A stretch of DNA of 58,998 bases. Origin: Bacillota bacterium (GTDB taxonomy: Bacteria; Bacillota; Clostridia; Oscillospirales; CAG-272). The stretch covers positions 1-58,998 of the forward strand of contig JAQXSY010000030.1 in the NCBI GenBank assembly GCA_029219205.1. Reading direction: 5' to 3'. The position numbers and the translations under genes were made by a program. Each line of letters opens with the position of its first letter. The stretch's first letter is position 1. This document shows positions 10,195 through 19,749 of the stretch, piece by piece. The notes beneath the pieces were generated by a model. The model searched no databases. It was not told the origin of the DNA and saw only the letters and a list, made by a program, of their open reading frames with translations.

Positions 10195-12972
10195 ATGAAA
10201 AAAGACGTTTATAAAGAATTAACTGAACAAGACGAATATATATGCCTTCCCGAGGAAAGATCCGTAAAAAGGTTCTCTTTTGCAGCCGGGTATTTTTTGC
10301 GTTGGCTGACGGCTTTTGCGGCGGTGCTCGGTCTGACTTTATTTTTCTGCGACGCTTTCAGAATCGAAATCAACCCGGTTATATCGATTGATTTTTCCGC
10401 AATTACGGCAGCGTCGGCAGCCGCGCTGTGTTTCGGTTTCCGCGGCGTCGCCGTTTGGCTCGGGTCAACGCTTTTGAGTCTGTTTATTACAAACGGATTC
10501 AGTGCGAAAGGTCTGGTAAAAAACGCATATTACGGGGTAATACAACTGTTCAACATCGTCTCGGAACGAATTTCGAAAGGCGGTTTCGCCGCGCCGGATG
10601 TGTTTCCGATTGACGATATTCCCATCGAAAAAGCCACGTTGTTTGCGGTTTTTATCCTCGCGGCGCTGCTTTCGCTTGCGATCGTACCGTTTACTGTCAA
10701 GCGCGCGCGGTTAATTGTTCCTTCAGTCGTTATCGCGTTTATATGTATTCTTATTTTCACATATAATCTGAGCGAATTTAATCTTGGATTTGCAATAATT
10801 ATCGCGGCAATATGCGGAATGTTAGTCTTGCGGAGATACGACTCAATATACATCATCAAAGGAACCTTTACGTCGCCGCAAGTTTTATCGGGAGGAGGAA
10901 AATCCGCTGTCGCAGCAATGCTTGCGGCGGCGATTGCAGTCTCCGTACCGGCAGCGGTAATTAAAGAGCCTCTTGGTGAAATTGACTTGATAAAAAAACC
11001 GATTGAACTCGCGCGCAACCTCCTGACCATGATAATTTCGGAAAAAGCGACGGATATTGAACTGATAAATGCGGGAATAAGCTCAAATTTCATGTCAAAG
11101 CGCACAAGCTGGGCGTCCGACCGAAACTTTGCCGGAGAAAAGATCATGGAAGTCCGTTCCGACAGCGGATTTCCGGTATATCTTCGCGGCTGGGTAGGCG
11201 GTTTCTTTGACGGAAACAACTGGAGCGCGGCAATACCGAAAGGAAATCTGCTTTCAGCGGAAGCTTTGAACTATTCCTACGAATTTTACGACGGATTCAC
11301 GCCTGACATTTTCACATACAGCTTTGCGGAATCGCTGACGCAAAACAGAACAAACACGCTTGAAACGCTGGGTTATAAGCGTTCAAAAATACAGATAACA
11401 ATGTTATCGCGGGAAGACACCACCGTATTTTTGCCCTCGGTTTTCGATCCGGTTACCGGGATAGTATTTCCCGAAACGGACGACAGAGAAGCATATTCGT
11501 TTTTTTATGAGGGTATGATCACATCAAAGCTGCCGCTGAAGCAAAAAATATACGCCGCCTCTGCACTGATCCCGACCGGCGACCTTTGGAGCAGCTATAA
11601 CCAGGTTATTGATAAAATCGATGAATACAGCAACAATCTGCTTCTTATCGACCGTTTTTACACAATATATAAGATGAGAGGACCAACATACGGTCTTAAA
11701 GAATTTTCAGCCGATCTGCGCGCCGAACGAACTGCGGCCTACCTCGGCGGCGAAATCGAAAACGACATTTACGCCTATTTGACAGAAAAAAACATTTCCG
11801 TACTAATCCGTTTTATTGATATGACGGATGCGCAGAAAGAGGACTTCTACTTTCGGAACATTGAACTGAGAAACAAATACGAGACCGCAATCAAAACATG
11901 GTTCGGCTACACGGAATTTCCCGAAAGCGAAATTGTCCGCCGCGCCGCGGAATCCGCAATAGGCGCCGCATCTGAAACGGATCACGAAAATATTTCAACT
12001 ACGCTTTACGCGATCCGGTCGGTAATAGAATACCTTTCCGAAAATTGCCGCTACTCGCTTACGCCGGTTAAAGGCGACGACAACTCGCTTACCGCAATCG
12101 AATCTTTTCTGAGCGAAACCAAGGAGGGCTATTGCGTACAGTTTGCGTCTGCCGCAGCGGCGATGCTCAGATACCTCGGGTATACCGTCAGATATGTTGA
12201 AGGCTATGTCGCCGACGGCTTCAAACTCATAAAAGATGAATCCGGAAAAGAAATATATACATCAACCGTCACCGACGAAAATGCGCACGCATGGATTGAA
12301 GTATATATAGACGGAATGGGCTGGCGCCAATTTGAAACAACGCCCCGTTCATTTGAGCCGTCAATTAAAGATACGGAAACAGCGGAAACAACCACAGGAG
12401 CTCCGGACACATCAGCTCCGGTTATCGAAACGACAGCGCCAAAGGAAACAACAGCCGCCCCCGCTGTTCCCAATCCTCCGGACGACAAACAAAGCGGCCC
12501 ACGTGTGCTTGTCATTGCGGCGGTAATTATTGCGTCAGCCTTAACGGTATTTCTGATAATACGAAGAAAAAACAGCGAGGAACGCTTTAAAAAGCTTTGC
12601 CGCGCCGCAAAATCAGGCGCTTTGACCGAAGCTGAGACACTTAAGCTCGGAAAGAAACTTGCGAAAAAGGCCTACCGTTCATTCATCGCGCTCGGTGTAA
12701 ACCCGGCGCCGGGCGAGCTTCCGGTTGACTATCTGAAGCGAGTCGATTCCACGCTTCATAAGCTGAGAAGCTCCGGAAACACTGCCGAAAAGAACAATTT
12801 CCGCGCAAAAGACGGATACCGCCTGCTTGAAAAAGCCGAGTACGGTTCAAAGCTGACGAGAGACGAGCTCTGTTCGCTTTCCGTCTATGCCTTTGAATGC
12901 AGAAAAGAGGCCGGTCGATTGCTTAAAGGCTTCAGACGGTTCTTTGAAAAATACGTCGCACTTTCAATATAA
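10195..12972 (+). CDS. transglutaminase-like polytopic membrane protein (TgpA-like)
   Basis: 925 aa with a multi-TM N-terminus and a transglutaminase core (EGYCVQFASAAAAML, NAHAWIEVYIDGMGWRQFETTP). A Thr/Pro-rich linker, a further TM helix and a cytoplasmic tail follow. Starts 3 nt after the DUF58 stop. Confidence 0.88.
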   Translation: MKKDVYKELTEQDEYICLPEERSVKRFSFAAGYFLRWLTAFAAVLGLTLFFCDAFRIEINPVISIDFSAITAASAAALCFGFRGVAVWLGSTLLSLFITNGFSAKGLVKNAYYGVIQLFNIVSERISKGGFAAPDVFPIDDIPIEKATLFAVFILAALLSLAIVPFTVKRARLIVPSVVIAFICILIFTYNLSEFNLGFAIIIAAICGMLVLRRYDSIYIIKGTFTSPQVLSGGGKSAVAAMLAAAIAVSVPAAVIKEPLGEIDLIKKPIELARNLLTMIISEKATDIELINAGISSNFMSKRTSWASDRNFAGEKIMEVRSDSGFPVYLRGWVGGFFDGNNWSAAIPKGNLLSAEALNYSYEFYDGFTPDIFTYSFAESLTQNRTNTLETLGYKRSKIQITMLSREDTTVFLPSVFDPVTGIVFPETDDREAYSFFYEGMITSKLPLKQKIYAASALIPTGDLWSSYNQVIDKIDEYSNNLLLIDRFYTIYKMRGPTYGLKEFSADLRAERTAAYLGGEIENDIYAYLTEKNISVLIRFIDMTDAQKEDFYFRNIELRNKYETAIKTWFGYTEFPESEIVRRAAESAIGAASETDHENISTTLYAIRSVIEYLSENCRYSLTPVKGDDNSLTAIESFLSETKEGYCVQFASAAAAMLRYLGYTVRYVEGYVADGFKLIKDESGKEIYTSTVTDENAHAWIEVYIDGMGWRQFETTPRSFEPSIKDTETAETTTGAPDTSAPVIETTAPKETTAAPAVPNPPDDKQSGPRVLVIAAVIIASALTVFLIIRRKNSEERFKKLCRAAKSGALTEAETLKLGKKLAKKAYRSFIALGVNPAPGELPVDYLKRVDSTLHKLRSSGNTAEKNNFRAKDGYRLLEKAEYGSKLTRDELCSLSVYAFECRKEAGRLLKGFRRFFEKYVALSI

Positions 12973-12980
12973 AAATAACA

Positions 12981-13024
12981 AAAACTCCGAAAAAACCGGT
13001 ATAAGCGGCTTTTTCGGAGTTTTA
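12981..13024. terminator. bidirectional rho-independent terminator between convergent genes
   Basis: Inverted repeat AAAACTCCGAAAAA...TTTTTCGGAGTTTT, with A/T runs on both sides, between the stops at 12972 (+) and 13064 (-). Confidence 0.7.
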
Positions 13025-13063
13025 AAATTTATATGATTCAATCGCGTCAGAAAATACGCCGGA

Positions 13064-14347
13064 CTATTTAAGCTTGATTTTCAGAACAGTGCACACGTCG
13101 TCGAGCATTTTGTAATTCGGGAATTCCACAAATGTAAGTCCAGGGTAGTTTTCCGTTCGCCAGTCGGAAAGCGTCTTGACTTCGCTTCCGTCCTTGAGCA
13201 GGCGTACATATTCAATCCTGTCATGAGGAATACCGAAAAGCGGAAGCGGTCCGATCGGCGTTTCTGTTATGCAGGCGTAAACGCTATCTCCGTTTTGTGT
13301 GTAACGTCCCCATTCAGGCTTGTCAAACTCGCTTATGCCGGCTCCGTAAATCGCTTCCCCGCTGCGCGACATCCACTCGCCGATTTTTTCAAGTATTTCG
13401 CACGATTCCTTCGGGAACCGTCCGGTAGCATCCGGGCCGACGTTTAAAAGCATATTTCCGCCCTTTGAAACGCATTCGATCAGCTTTTTAATTACAATAT
13501 CAGCCTGTTTGAAGTTAAAATCCTTTGCACAGTAGCCCCAGTGATCGTTCATGGTTATGCACGCTTCCCACGGAATAGGCTCTCCAAGCTCGTTTACAAT
13601 TCCCTTTGGCGGTATTATACATTCGGGAGATACAAAATCGCCGCTGTAATACGCGGGAGTTGCCGTCGCAAGCGAGCCGAATCCAAGACCGCTGACCTCG
13701 AGACGATTGTCGGTTATAAGCTCCGGCTGAAGATCCCGCACCATTTTAATAAGTTCTGTCGCGCGCCATTTTTCTCCGATCATTTCTTCATACGAATAAT
13801 CGAACCACATTATATCGATTTTTCCGTAATTAGAGCAAAGCTCACGGATCTGTCCGTGCATGTATTCAAGGTATTCTTCAAACGGACGGCGAATCTTATA
13901 CGCCTCATCTGTACGGTGCGGGTGCGCGTGATGCATATATGCCGGATACGCAGGATGATTCCAGTCTATAAGAGAATAATATATGCCGACTTTCAGCCCT
14001 TCGTCGCGCAGCGCTTCGACATATTCTGCGATAAGATCGCGCTTGAAGGGCGTGTTCGTGATTTTGAAATCTGTCAGTTTTGAATCGAAGAGACAAAAAC
14101 CGTCGTGATGCTTTGCCGTCAGAACGACATACTTCATTCCGGCGCGCTTCGCCGCGCGCGCCCATTCGTGTGCGTCAAACGCATATGGGTTGAATTGATT
14201 GAAATATGAATAATACAATTCGTCGGAAAGATTTTCGGCGCCCCTGACCCATTCTCCGCGAGCAGGAATTGAATAAAGTCCGAAATGAATAAACATGCCG
14301 AAGCGATCATGTCTGAACCATTCGCTCCGCTTAAATTTTTCGTACAT
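13064..14347 (-). CDS. alpha-L-fucosidase, GH29 family
   Basis: 427 aa with RFGMFIHFGLYSIPARGEWV and LTAKHHDGFCLFDS motifs. No signal peptide. Confidence 0.9.
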   Translation of the reverse strand: MYEKFKRSEWFRHDRFGMFIHFGLYSIPARGEWVRGAENLSDELYYSYFNQFNPYAFDAHEWARAAKRAGMKYVVLTAKHHDGFCLFDSKLTDFKITNTPFKRDLIAEYVEALRDEGLKVGIYYSLIDWNHPAYPAYMHHAHPHRTDEAYKIRRPFEEYLEYMHGQIRELCSNYGKIDIMWFDYSYEEMIGEKWRATELIKMVRDLQPELITDNRLEVSGLGFGSLATATPAYYSGDFVSPECIIPPKGIVNELGEPIPWEACITMNDHWGYCAKDFNFKQADIVIKKLIECVSKGGNMLLNVGPDATGRFPKESCEILEKIGEWMSRSGEAIYGAGISEFDKPEWGRYTQNGDSVYACITETPIGPLPLFGIPHDRIEYVRLLKDGSEVKTLSDWRTENYPGLTFVEFPNYKMLDDVCTVLKIKLK

Positions 14348-14501
14348 AATTTACAGTCTGCCTTTCATCTGTTTTTAAAGCATTTATGCCGATTTGATTT
14401 TATCATATTAAAAAGCAATTTGCAACCTGTTTTTTTGACTTAGTTATTGCATTTACCTGCAGAATGTTATAAAATGAAATAAAAAAACGGAGGCTAACAT
14501 A

Positions 14502-15488
14502 ATGTTAAACGTAGCTGTACTCGGGAAATGGCATGTTCACGCATGGGGATATGCAAACGAAACAAATACAAGCAAGATTGCGAAAGTGTCGGCCGTGTGG
14601 GATGCCGACGCCTGCCGCGGAAAAGCCTGGGCGGAAGAACTCAAGGCGGAATTTATACCCGAGCTTGACGAAGTTCTTGCAAGAAAAGATATTGACGCCG
14701 TTATTGTCGGAAACGAAACCACCGCTCATTTCGAAGTTATAAACAAGGCAGCGCTTGCCGGAAAACATATTTTTACCGAAAAAGCGCTTGCTCCCAAGCT
14801 TTCAGAATGCCGTATTATTCGGGAATCGGTTATTAAAAGCGGCAAAAACTTTGTTATTTCATATCCTCATCTCGGAAGGCCTCTGATAAAGTTTGCAAAA
14901 AAGCTCGTTGACGACGGTGTGCTCGGAAAAATCTGCACCGTACGCAGCCGCGTCGCGCATAACGGCGTTTCGGGAAACTGGCTTCCGGAGTATTGGTTTG
15001 AAGAGAAGGACGCCGCGGGCGGCTCCATGATGGATCTCGGATGCCACCCCATGTATTTGATCTCATATTTCGGAGGCAAACCTGTACGCGTATCCGGTCT
15101 TTTCAACGCTCCGTTCGGCTCAAAGGTCGATGAAAACGCCGTTGCAACCGTTGAATTTGAAAACGGAACGATCGGAATCGCAGAAACCGGTTTTATTTCA
15201 AAAGATTCTCCCAATTCTTTTGAAATATACGGATCGGAAGGCTGCATGACAGCGACCAGCGAATCAAATATCAGGCTTTCTTCAACAAAAATTGCCGATA
15301 TTCCGGCATATATAAAAGAAAACCTGCCGTCTGAAAGCCCGTCGCCGCTCTCTGTTTTCCTCAACGCATGCGCAAACGGAGAAAAAACTCCTGCTGAGCT
15401 CGGCATTGACGCCGCCTGCGCGCTGACCGAGCTTCTTGAAAGCGCATATATTTCCGACCGCGAAAACCGTATTGTAACCATAAAATAA
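14502..15488 (+). CDS. Gfo/Idh/MocA-family oxidoreductase
   Basis: 328 aa with an N-terminal Rossmann-like region that has a degenerate glycine motif (VAVLGKWHVHA). Also has the conserved EKA (IFTEKALA) motif and a C-terminal alpha/beta domain. Confidence 0.78.
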   Translation: MLNVAVLGKWHVHAWGYANETNTSKIAKVSAVWDADACRGKAWAEELKAEFIPELDEVLARKDIDAVIVGNETTAHFEVINKAALAGKHIFTEKALAPKLSECRIIRESVIKSGKNFVISYPHLGRPLIKFAKKLVDDGVLGKICTVRSRVAHNGVSGNWLPEYWFEEKDAAGGSMMDLGCHPMYLISYFGGKPVRVSGLFNAPFGSKVDENAVATVEFENGTIGIAETGFISKDSPNSFEIYGSEGCMTATSESNIRLSSTKIADIPAYIKENLPSESPSPLSVFLNACANGEKTPAELGIDAACALTELLESAYISDRENRIVTIK

Positions 15489-15493
15489 ACAAT

Positions 15494-15540
15494 AAAATCC
15501 CGGATCCTTTTTTTAAAGATCCGAGATTTTTTATTTTTTT
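15494..15540 (+). terminator. rho-independent terminator
   Basis: 13-bp stem AAAATCCCGGATC / GATCCGAGATTTT with one mismatch, followed by TTATTTTTTT. Sits between convergent genes. Confidence 0.65.
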
Positions 15541-15574
15541 AAATCAACGGCGTTCAAGCGGATTTTTCTTCGTC

Positions 15575-15835
15575 TTACAAAATCAGTATAACAAGTGCCG
15601 CAACAAAAATTATGATCGCAGCAACAACCGAAAAAAGTGCCAGAGGTTTATTCTGTTCACGGTTCTGAAACGCCTGTATGAGCAGTTTGACACCCAAAAG
15701 CGGTTCAAAGACATAAACGGCATTTTTCCATATACCCGCGATTTGCAGCACAACCAGAATTATTATAATCCCGGAGCAAACTATATTGCAAACATTCAAT
15801 ATTCGTTCAGTCGTTTTCGCATCGATGCTTTTCAT
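15575..15835 (-). CDS. small two-TM membrane protein, unknown function
   Basis: 86 aa with two hydrophobic helices. Strong RBS AGGAGG 6 nt before the ATG. Lies 109 nt downstream of the ligase with no terminator in between. Confidence 0.55.
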   Translation of the reverse strand: MKSIDAKTTERILNVCNIVCSGIIIILVVLQIAGIWKNAVYVFEPLLGVKLLIQAFQNREQNKPLALFSVVAAIIIFVAALVILIL

Positions 15836-15944
15836 GACAACCTCCTGAAAATCAAATCATGATTTACACAGCACATTGATGGAGTCCCGATATCTGCCGA
15901 CATCCTGCCTTTGGCGCACAAACTTCCGATTAAGAGTCTTTTTT

Positions 15945-17579
15945 TTAATTTGTGGTCTGCTTTTCAACAAGTCTTCCGCCGCAGTATATTTCGCGCAAGC
16001 GCGGTTTTTCTATCTTACCTGTGGGATTCCGAGGCACATCCGCAAAAAAGATCTTTCTCGGGCGCTTGTATCGAGGAAGCGCCATACAGTATTCGTTTAT
16101 CTCATTTTCGTCTGCCTGCTTGCCGTCCTTAAGCGAAATAATCGCGGCTGCGATCTCTCCCAGGCGTTCGTCGGGAAGTCCGATGACCGCAACGTCCTTT
16201 ACCTTCGGATTTTCTCTGATAAAATCCTCAATCTGTACCGGATACAGATTCTCCCCTCCGGTTATAATTACGTCCTTTTTCCTGTCAACAAGATAAATAA
16301 AGCCATCCTCGTCAAGCTTTGCCATGTCGCCGGTATAAAGCCAACCGTCGCGCAGAATCTCGGCAGTAGCCTCCGGATTTTTATAATAACACTTCATTAC
16401 CCCGGGGCCCTTCACAGCAAGTTCTCCAACCTCGCCGCAGACAGTTTCTTTACCGTCGGAACCGACGATCTTCGTCTCCCAAAGATACCCTGCTTTGCCT
16501 ATCGCGCCAACCTTATCGATGTTTTCTATTCCGAGATGAACACAGCCCGGACCTATCGATTCGGAAAGACCGTAATTAGTATCGTAATCCTGATTCGGAA
16601 AAACTGTTTTCCATCTCTTTATCAGACTCGGCGGCACCGGCTGCGCGCCGATATGCATAAGACGCCACTGATCAAGCCGAAAATCTTCAAGCCGAAGTTC
16701 TCCGCGATCTATGCTGTCAAGAATATCCTGAACCCACGGAACCAAAAGCCATACTATTGTAGCGCGCTCCTGAGATACGCAGCGCAGCACCCATTCCGGC
16801 TTAACTCCGCGAAGAAGCACAGCTTTCGAGCCGGAAATCAGACTTCCGAACCAGTGCATCTTGGCTCCGGTGTGATACAGCGGAGGTATGCACAGAAAGA
16901 CGTCGTCGTGCGTCTGTTTGTGATGATTCTGCTCCGTACGGCAGGACGACACAAGTGCCAGATGCGTATGCAGAATAGCCTTCGGAAATCCTGTCGTTCC
17001 GGAGGAAAAGTAGATCGCCGCGTCGTCGTCTTCCGTAAGCTCAACTGCCGGCGCGGCACTTGAACAGTATGTAACCATACGATCGTAGCTGTCCGCATAC
17101 TCCGGTACGTCCCTGCCTACAAAAAATATGTTTGTAACAAGCGGAATATCGTTCTTAATCTGATCGACTCTTCCGGTAAACTCAGGCCCGAATATCAAAA
17201 CCGAAGAATCGGATAATCCGAGACAAAATTTGATCTCGTCAGCCGTATACCGGTAGTTTAACGGCACCGCCAACGCTCCGGTTTTAAGTATTCCGAAGTA
17301 TATCGGCAGCCATTCAAGGCAGTTCATAAGCAGAATGGCAACTTTGTCTCCCTTTTTTACGCCTCTCGTAAGCAGCAGGTTGGCAAAGCGATTTGCCTTT
17401 ATATCGAATTCGCGCCATGTCATTTCACGTCTGTATTTCCCGCCCGGGACAGATTCAATCAGGTTGTATTCGCTCCATGTCAGAGGATGGTCCGGATGAA
17501 ACTCCGGGTTCACTTCAACAAGCGCCGTTTCGTCGGGATACAGCTTTGCGTTTTTTTCGAGAAAATCCGTAATAACCAT
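15945..17579 (-). CDS. AMP-forming acyl-CoA synthetase/ligase (class I adenylate-forming enzyme), substrate unknown
   Basis: 544 aa with AMP-binding motif YFSSGTTGFPKA plus YGLSE, WLYTGDMA and the C-terminal PRNPTGKIEK lysine motif. Confidence 0.9.
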   Translation of the reverse strand: MVITDFLEKNAKLYPDETALVEVNPEFHPDHPLTWSEYNLIESVPGGKYRREMTWREFDIKANRFANLLLTRGVKKGDKVAILLMNCLEWLPIYFGILKTGALAVPLNYRYTADEIKFCLGLSDSSVLIFGPEFTGRVDQIKNDIPLVTNIFFVGRDVPEYADSYDRMVTYCSSAAPAVELTEDDDAAIYFSSGTTGFPKAILHTHLALVSSCRTEQNHHKQTHDDVFLCIPPLYHTGAKMHWFGSLISGSKAVLLRGVKPEWVLRCVSQERATIVWLLVPWVQDILDSIDRGELRLEDFRLDQWRLMHIGAQPVPPSLIKRWKTVFPNQDYDTNYGLSESIGPGCVHLGIENIDKVGAIGKAGYLWETKIVGSDGKETVCGEVGELAVKGPGVMKCYYKNPEATAEILRDGWLYTGDMAKLDEDGFIYLVDRKKDVIITGGENLYPVQIEDFIRENPKVKDVAVIGLPDERLGEIAAAIISLKDGKQADENEINEYCMALPRYKRPRKIFFADVPRNPTGKIEKPRLREIYCGGRLVEKQTTN

Positions 17580-17618
17580 TTTTCTTCATCTTCCTTTTGT
17601 TGATTATTCCCGGTGGAC

Positions 17619-17905
17619 AAAAAAACGCCCCCAGCTTTTTGCTGAGGGCGATATATATCGCGGTACCACCTCAAACTGTCCGTTTGCTCGCACATACGAA
17701 CCTCTGCGGGTACAAAAATCCCGAATTCCCATACCCCACCGCTGTAACGCGCGGACGCGCCGCCGCCTACAGCGCCGTTTGTCGGGCGTTTCGGAACGGA
17801 ACTATCCGGATGTATTCAAAAAAACCGTTTCCGCGCCTCTCACCATCCGGCAACTCTCTGTGGGACGTTGTTTTTTCTACTGATTCCGGGTCATTGTCTT
17901 TCTTA
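17619..17905 (-). promoter_or_regulatory. T-box riboswitch leader, apparent Tyr (UAC) specifier, with intrinsic terminator at 17619-17650
   Basis: Read on the minus strand. Stem I elements are AGTA (17878-17881), AGAGAG (17854-17859), GGTGAGAG (17837-17844) and GAA-TAC-A in the specifier loop (17811-17817). The Stem I base pairs CCGGA (17885-17889) with TCCGG (17806-17810). The T-box motif GGTGGTACCGCG is at 17659-17670. The antiterminator is TTGAGG[TGGTACC]GCGAT-ATAT-ATCGC-CCTCAG. It competes with the terminator CGCCCTCAGC-AAAAA-GCTGGGGGCG plus a run of seven T. Confidence 0.85.
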
Positions 17906-17911
17906 AAATAG

Positions 17912-17940
17912 ATGATAACATATTTTTTCAGATATGTCAA
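17912..17940 (-). promoter_or_regulatory. sigma-A type promoter driving the T-box leader
   Basis: On the minus strand: TTGACA (17935-17940), a 17-nt spacer, then TGtTATCAT (extended -10, hexamer at 17912-17917). Confidence 0.75.
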
Positions 17941-17958
17941 GCGGTTTTCTTTTTTTAA

Positions 17959-19722
17959 TCATCCGAGTACGGGCTCGTCAAGAAATTCAACTTCGTTGCC
18001 GTCGCATCCGTCCATATCAAAGATTACTATCTCGTTTTTGCCCTCTCTGAGCACCGGCGCGGGAACGAACAGCGTCTTCTGCGGACCGGCGGCGTTGTAA
18101 TAACGTCCGAGGTTAAAGCCGTTAATTATCACGATTCCGTGGCGCTGCTGCGAAGGCATGATAAACGTGTCGCAGGGCTTGCCTTTTATTTCAAACTCGC
18201 CGCGCAAAAATACCGGATCGTCGCATCCGTTCTCGTAAGGCTTATACTCAACGCCTCCGAGCTCCTGCATTTCGAGCGGATACATATCCCAGCCGTAATG
18301 GAATCGCTGGCCGAAACGAATTCCGGTCAGGCCCTTGCGGTCGCGTAAGTTTACGCCGTAATTGACTCTTCCCATGTTCTCGCAAAGAATGTCGAGACTT
18401 ACGGTTTCGTCCTTTTCAAGCGACAGCGTGATCTTATCCTCATGACGCGCTCTTTCATACCAGCCCTTTTTCTCTCCGTTAATATAAACAACGGCTCTGT
18501 CGTGCATCGTTTCAAATCCAAGCTCAAGCTCCTCCAGCGGACCGGTTACCGTTGTGCTGTAAAGCGTATATCCGTAGCTTTGTCCGATATCCTCCATAAA
18601 CTTCGGGGCGGCAGTGTGAACCGGCTTTGAAATCGACTTAACCGTATCGAGCAGCTTCGACGATTCGATAAGTTTTACCCTGCCGTACGCCTTTTTCTCG
18701 GTATTCTTTGCGGTAAGCTCAGGAAGAGGCTCCTTTAAAAAGTCTGCAACAACGTCGCGTATTGCGTAATACGCCGGAGTGAAGTCGCCCGCTTCTGTCA
18801 GCGGCGCGTTGTAATCGTAGCTTGTGACGGTCGGCTCATAATTGTCCCCGAAACAGTTCGCGCCGTTCATAAATCCAAAGTTTGTCCCTCCGTGGAACAT
18901 GTAGAAATTGACCGACGCGCCCATTTCGAGCATTTCTTTGAAAACGTCGGCTATCTCGTTCGAGCTTCTAACGTGATGTATGTCATACCAGTGATCAAAC
19001 CAGCCGCACCAGTATTCGCCGCACATCTTAGGCTGTCCGGGACGGAACTCATCCATATTTTTGAAGTTTCCCGCGGGATTTGAGCCAAAGTTTGAAACGC
19101 TGAGATATCCGGGCAGAGGACCGCCGCCAAGCATAAATTTATCGGTGCCGTCCGCCGTATAGAGCTGGCAGTCTACCCCGCACTTTTTATAAATATCCAC
19201 AATCGCGTTCAGATATTCCTTGTCGTCTCCGTAGCTTCCGTATTCGTTTTCGATCTGAACCATAATGATATTTCCGCCGTGAGTTATCAGTCTCGGCGTA
19301 ATATGCTTGAACAATTCGGTCAGAAAACGCTCGCACTTTTCAAGGAAGAGCTTGTCGTTGCATCTGAAAGGCATATTTTCATATGTCAGCAGCCATGCCG
19401 GAAGACCTCCGAGATCCCATTCCGCACAGATATACGGACCCGGACGAAGAATCAGATTCAGTCCGAGCGAAGCCGCGGTGTCTGCGTATTCGCCGATGTC
19501 AAGACCTCCGCTGAAATCAAATTCTCCTTCGGTCTTTTCGTGAAGGTTCCAGCAGACGTATGTTTCAACCGTATTGAATCCGCATTCCTTCAGCTTGAGC
19601 AGCCGGTCGTACCAGTACTCGCGAGGTATACGGAAATAGTGCATCGCACCCGAAATTACCGTGTACGGCTTTCCGTTCATAAGAAAATTCTTTTCGTCAT
19701 GTGTAAAAGTGTTCATACTCAA
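17959..19722 (-). CDS. beta-galactosidase, GH35 family
   Basis: 587 aa with NGKPYTVISGAMHYFRIPREYW, FNTVETYVCWNLHE and VQIENEYGSY (the acid/base Glu context typical of GH35). Confidence 0.92.
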   Translation of the reverse strand: MSMNTFTHDEKNFLMNGKPYTVISGAMHYFRIPREYWYDRLLKLKECGFNTVETYVCWNLHEKTEGEFDFSGGLDIGEYADTAASLGLNLILRPGPYICAEWDLGGLPAWLLTYENMPFRCNDKLFLEKCERFLTELFKHITPRLITHGGNIIMVQIENEYGSYGDDKEYLNAIVDIYKKCGVDCQLYTADGTDKFMLGGGPLPGYLSVSNFGSNPAGNFKNMDEFRPGQPKMCGEYWCGWFDHWYDIHHVRSSNEIADVFKEMLEMGASVNFYMFHGGTNFGFMNGANCFGDNYEPTVTSYDYNAPLTEAGDFTPAYYAIRDVVADFLKEPLPELTAKNTEKKAYGRVKLIESSKLLDTVKSISKPVHTAAPKFMEDIGQSYGYTLYSTTVTGPLEELELGFETMHDRAVVYINGEKKGWYERARHEDKITLSLEKDETVSLDILCENMGRVNYGVNLRDRKGLTGIRFGQRFHYGWDMYPLEMQELGGVEYKPYENGCDDPVFLRGEFEIKGKPCDTFIMPSQQRHGIVIINGFNLGRYYNAAGPQKTLFVPAPVLREGKNEIVIFDMDGCDGNEVEFLDEPVLG

Positions 19723-19749
19723 TCTCCGTTATTTTTTTTGAGAGTTGTT

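Noticed and set aside
15876-17063. 395-aa plus-strand ORF, the longest of several long antisense ORFs. Others are at 19279-20172, 40933-41793, 48742-49728, 10530-11219, 13541-14083 and 27998-28612.
   Set aside because: Each lies entirely antisense to a gene with strong family motifs (acyl-CoA ligase, GH35, SecA and others). Their translations are Arg/Ser/Cys/Phe-rich with no motifs and no RBS. This is the typical shadow-ORF pattern in roughly 50 percent GC DNA.
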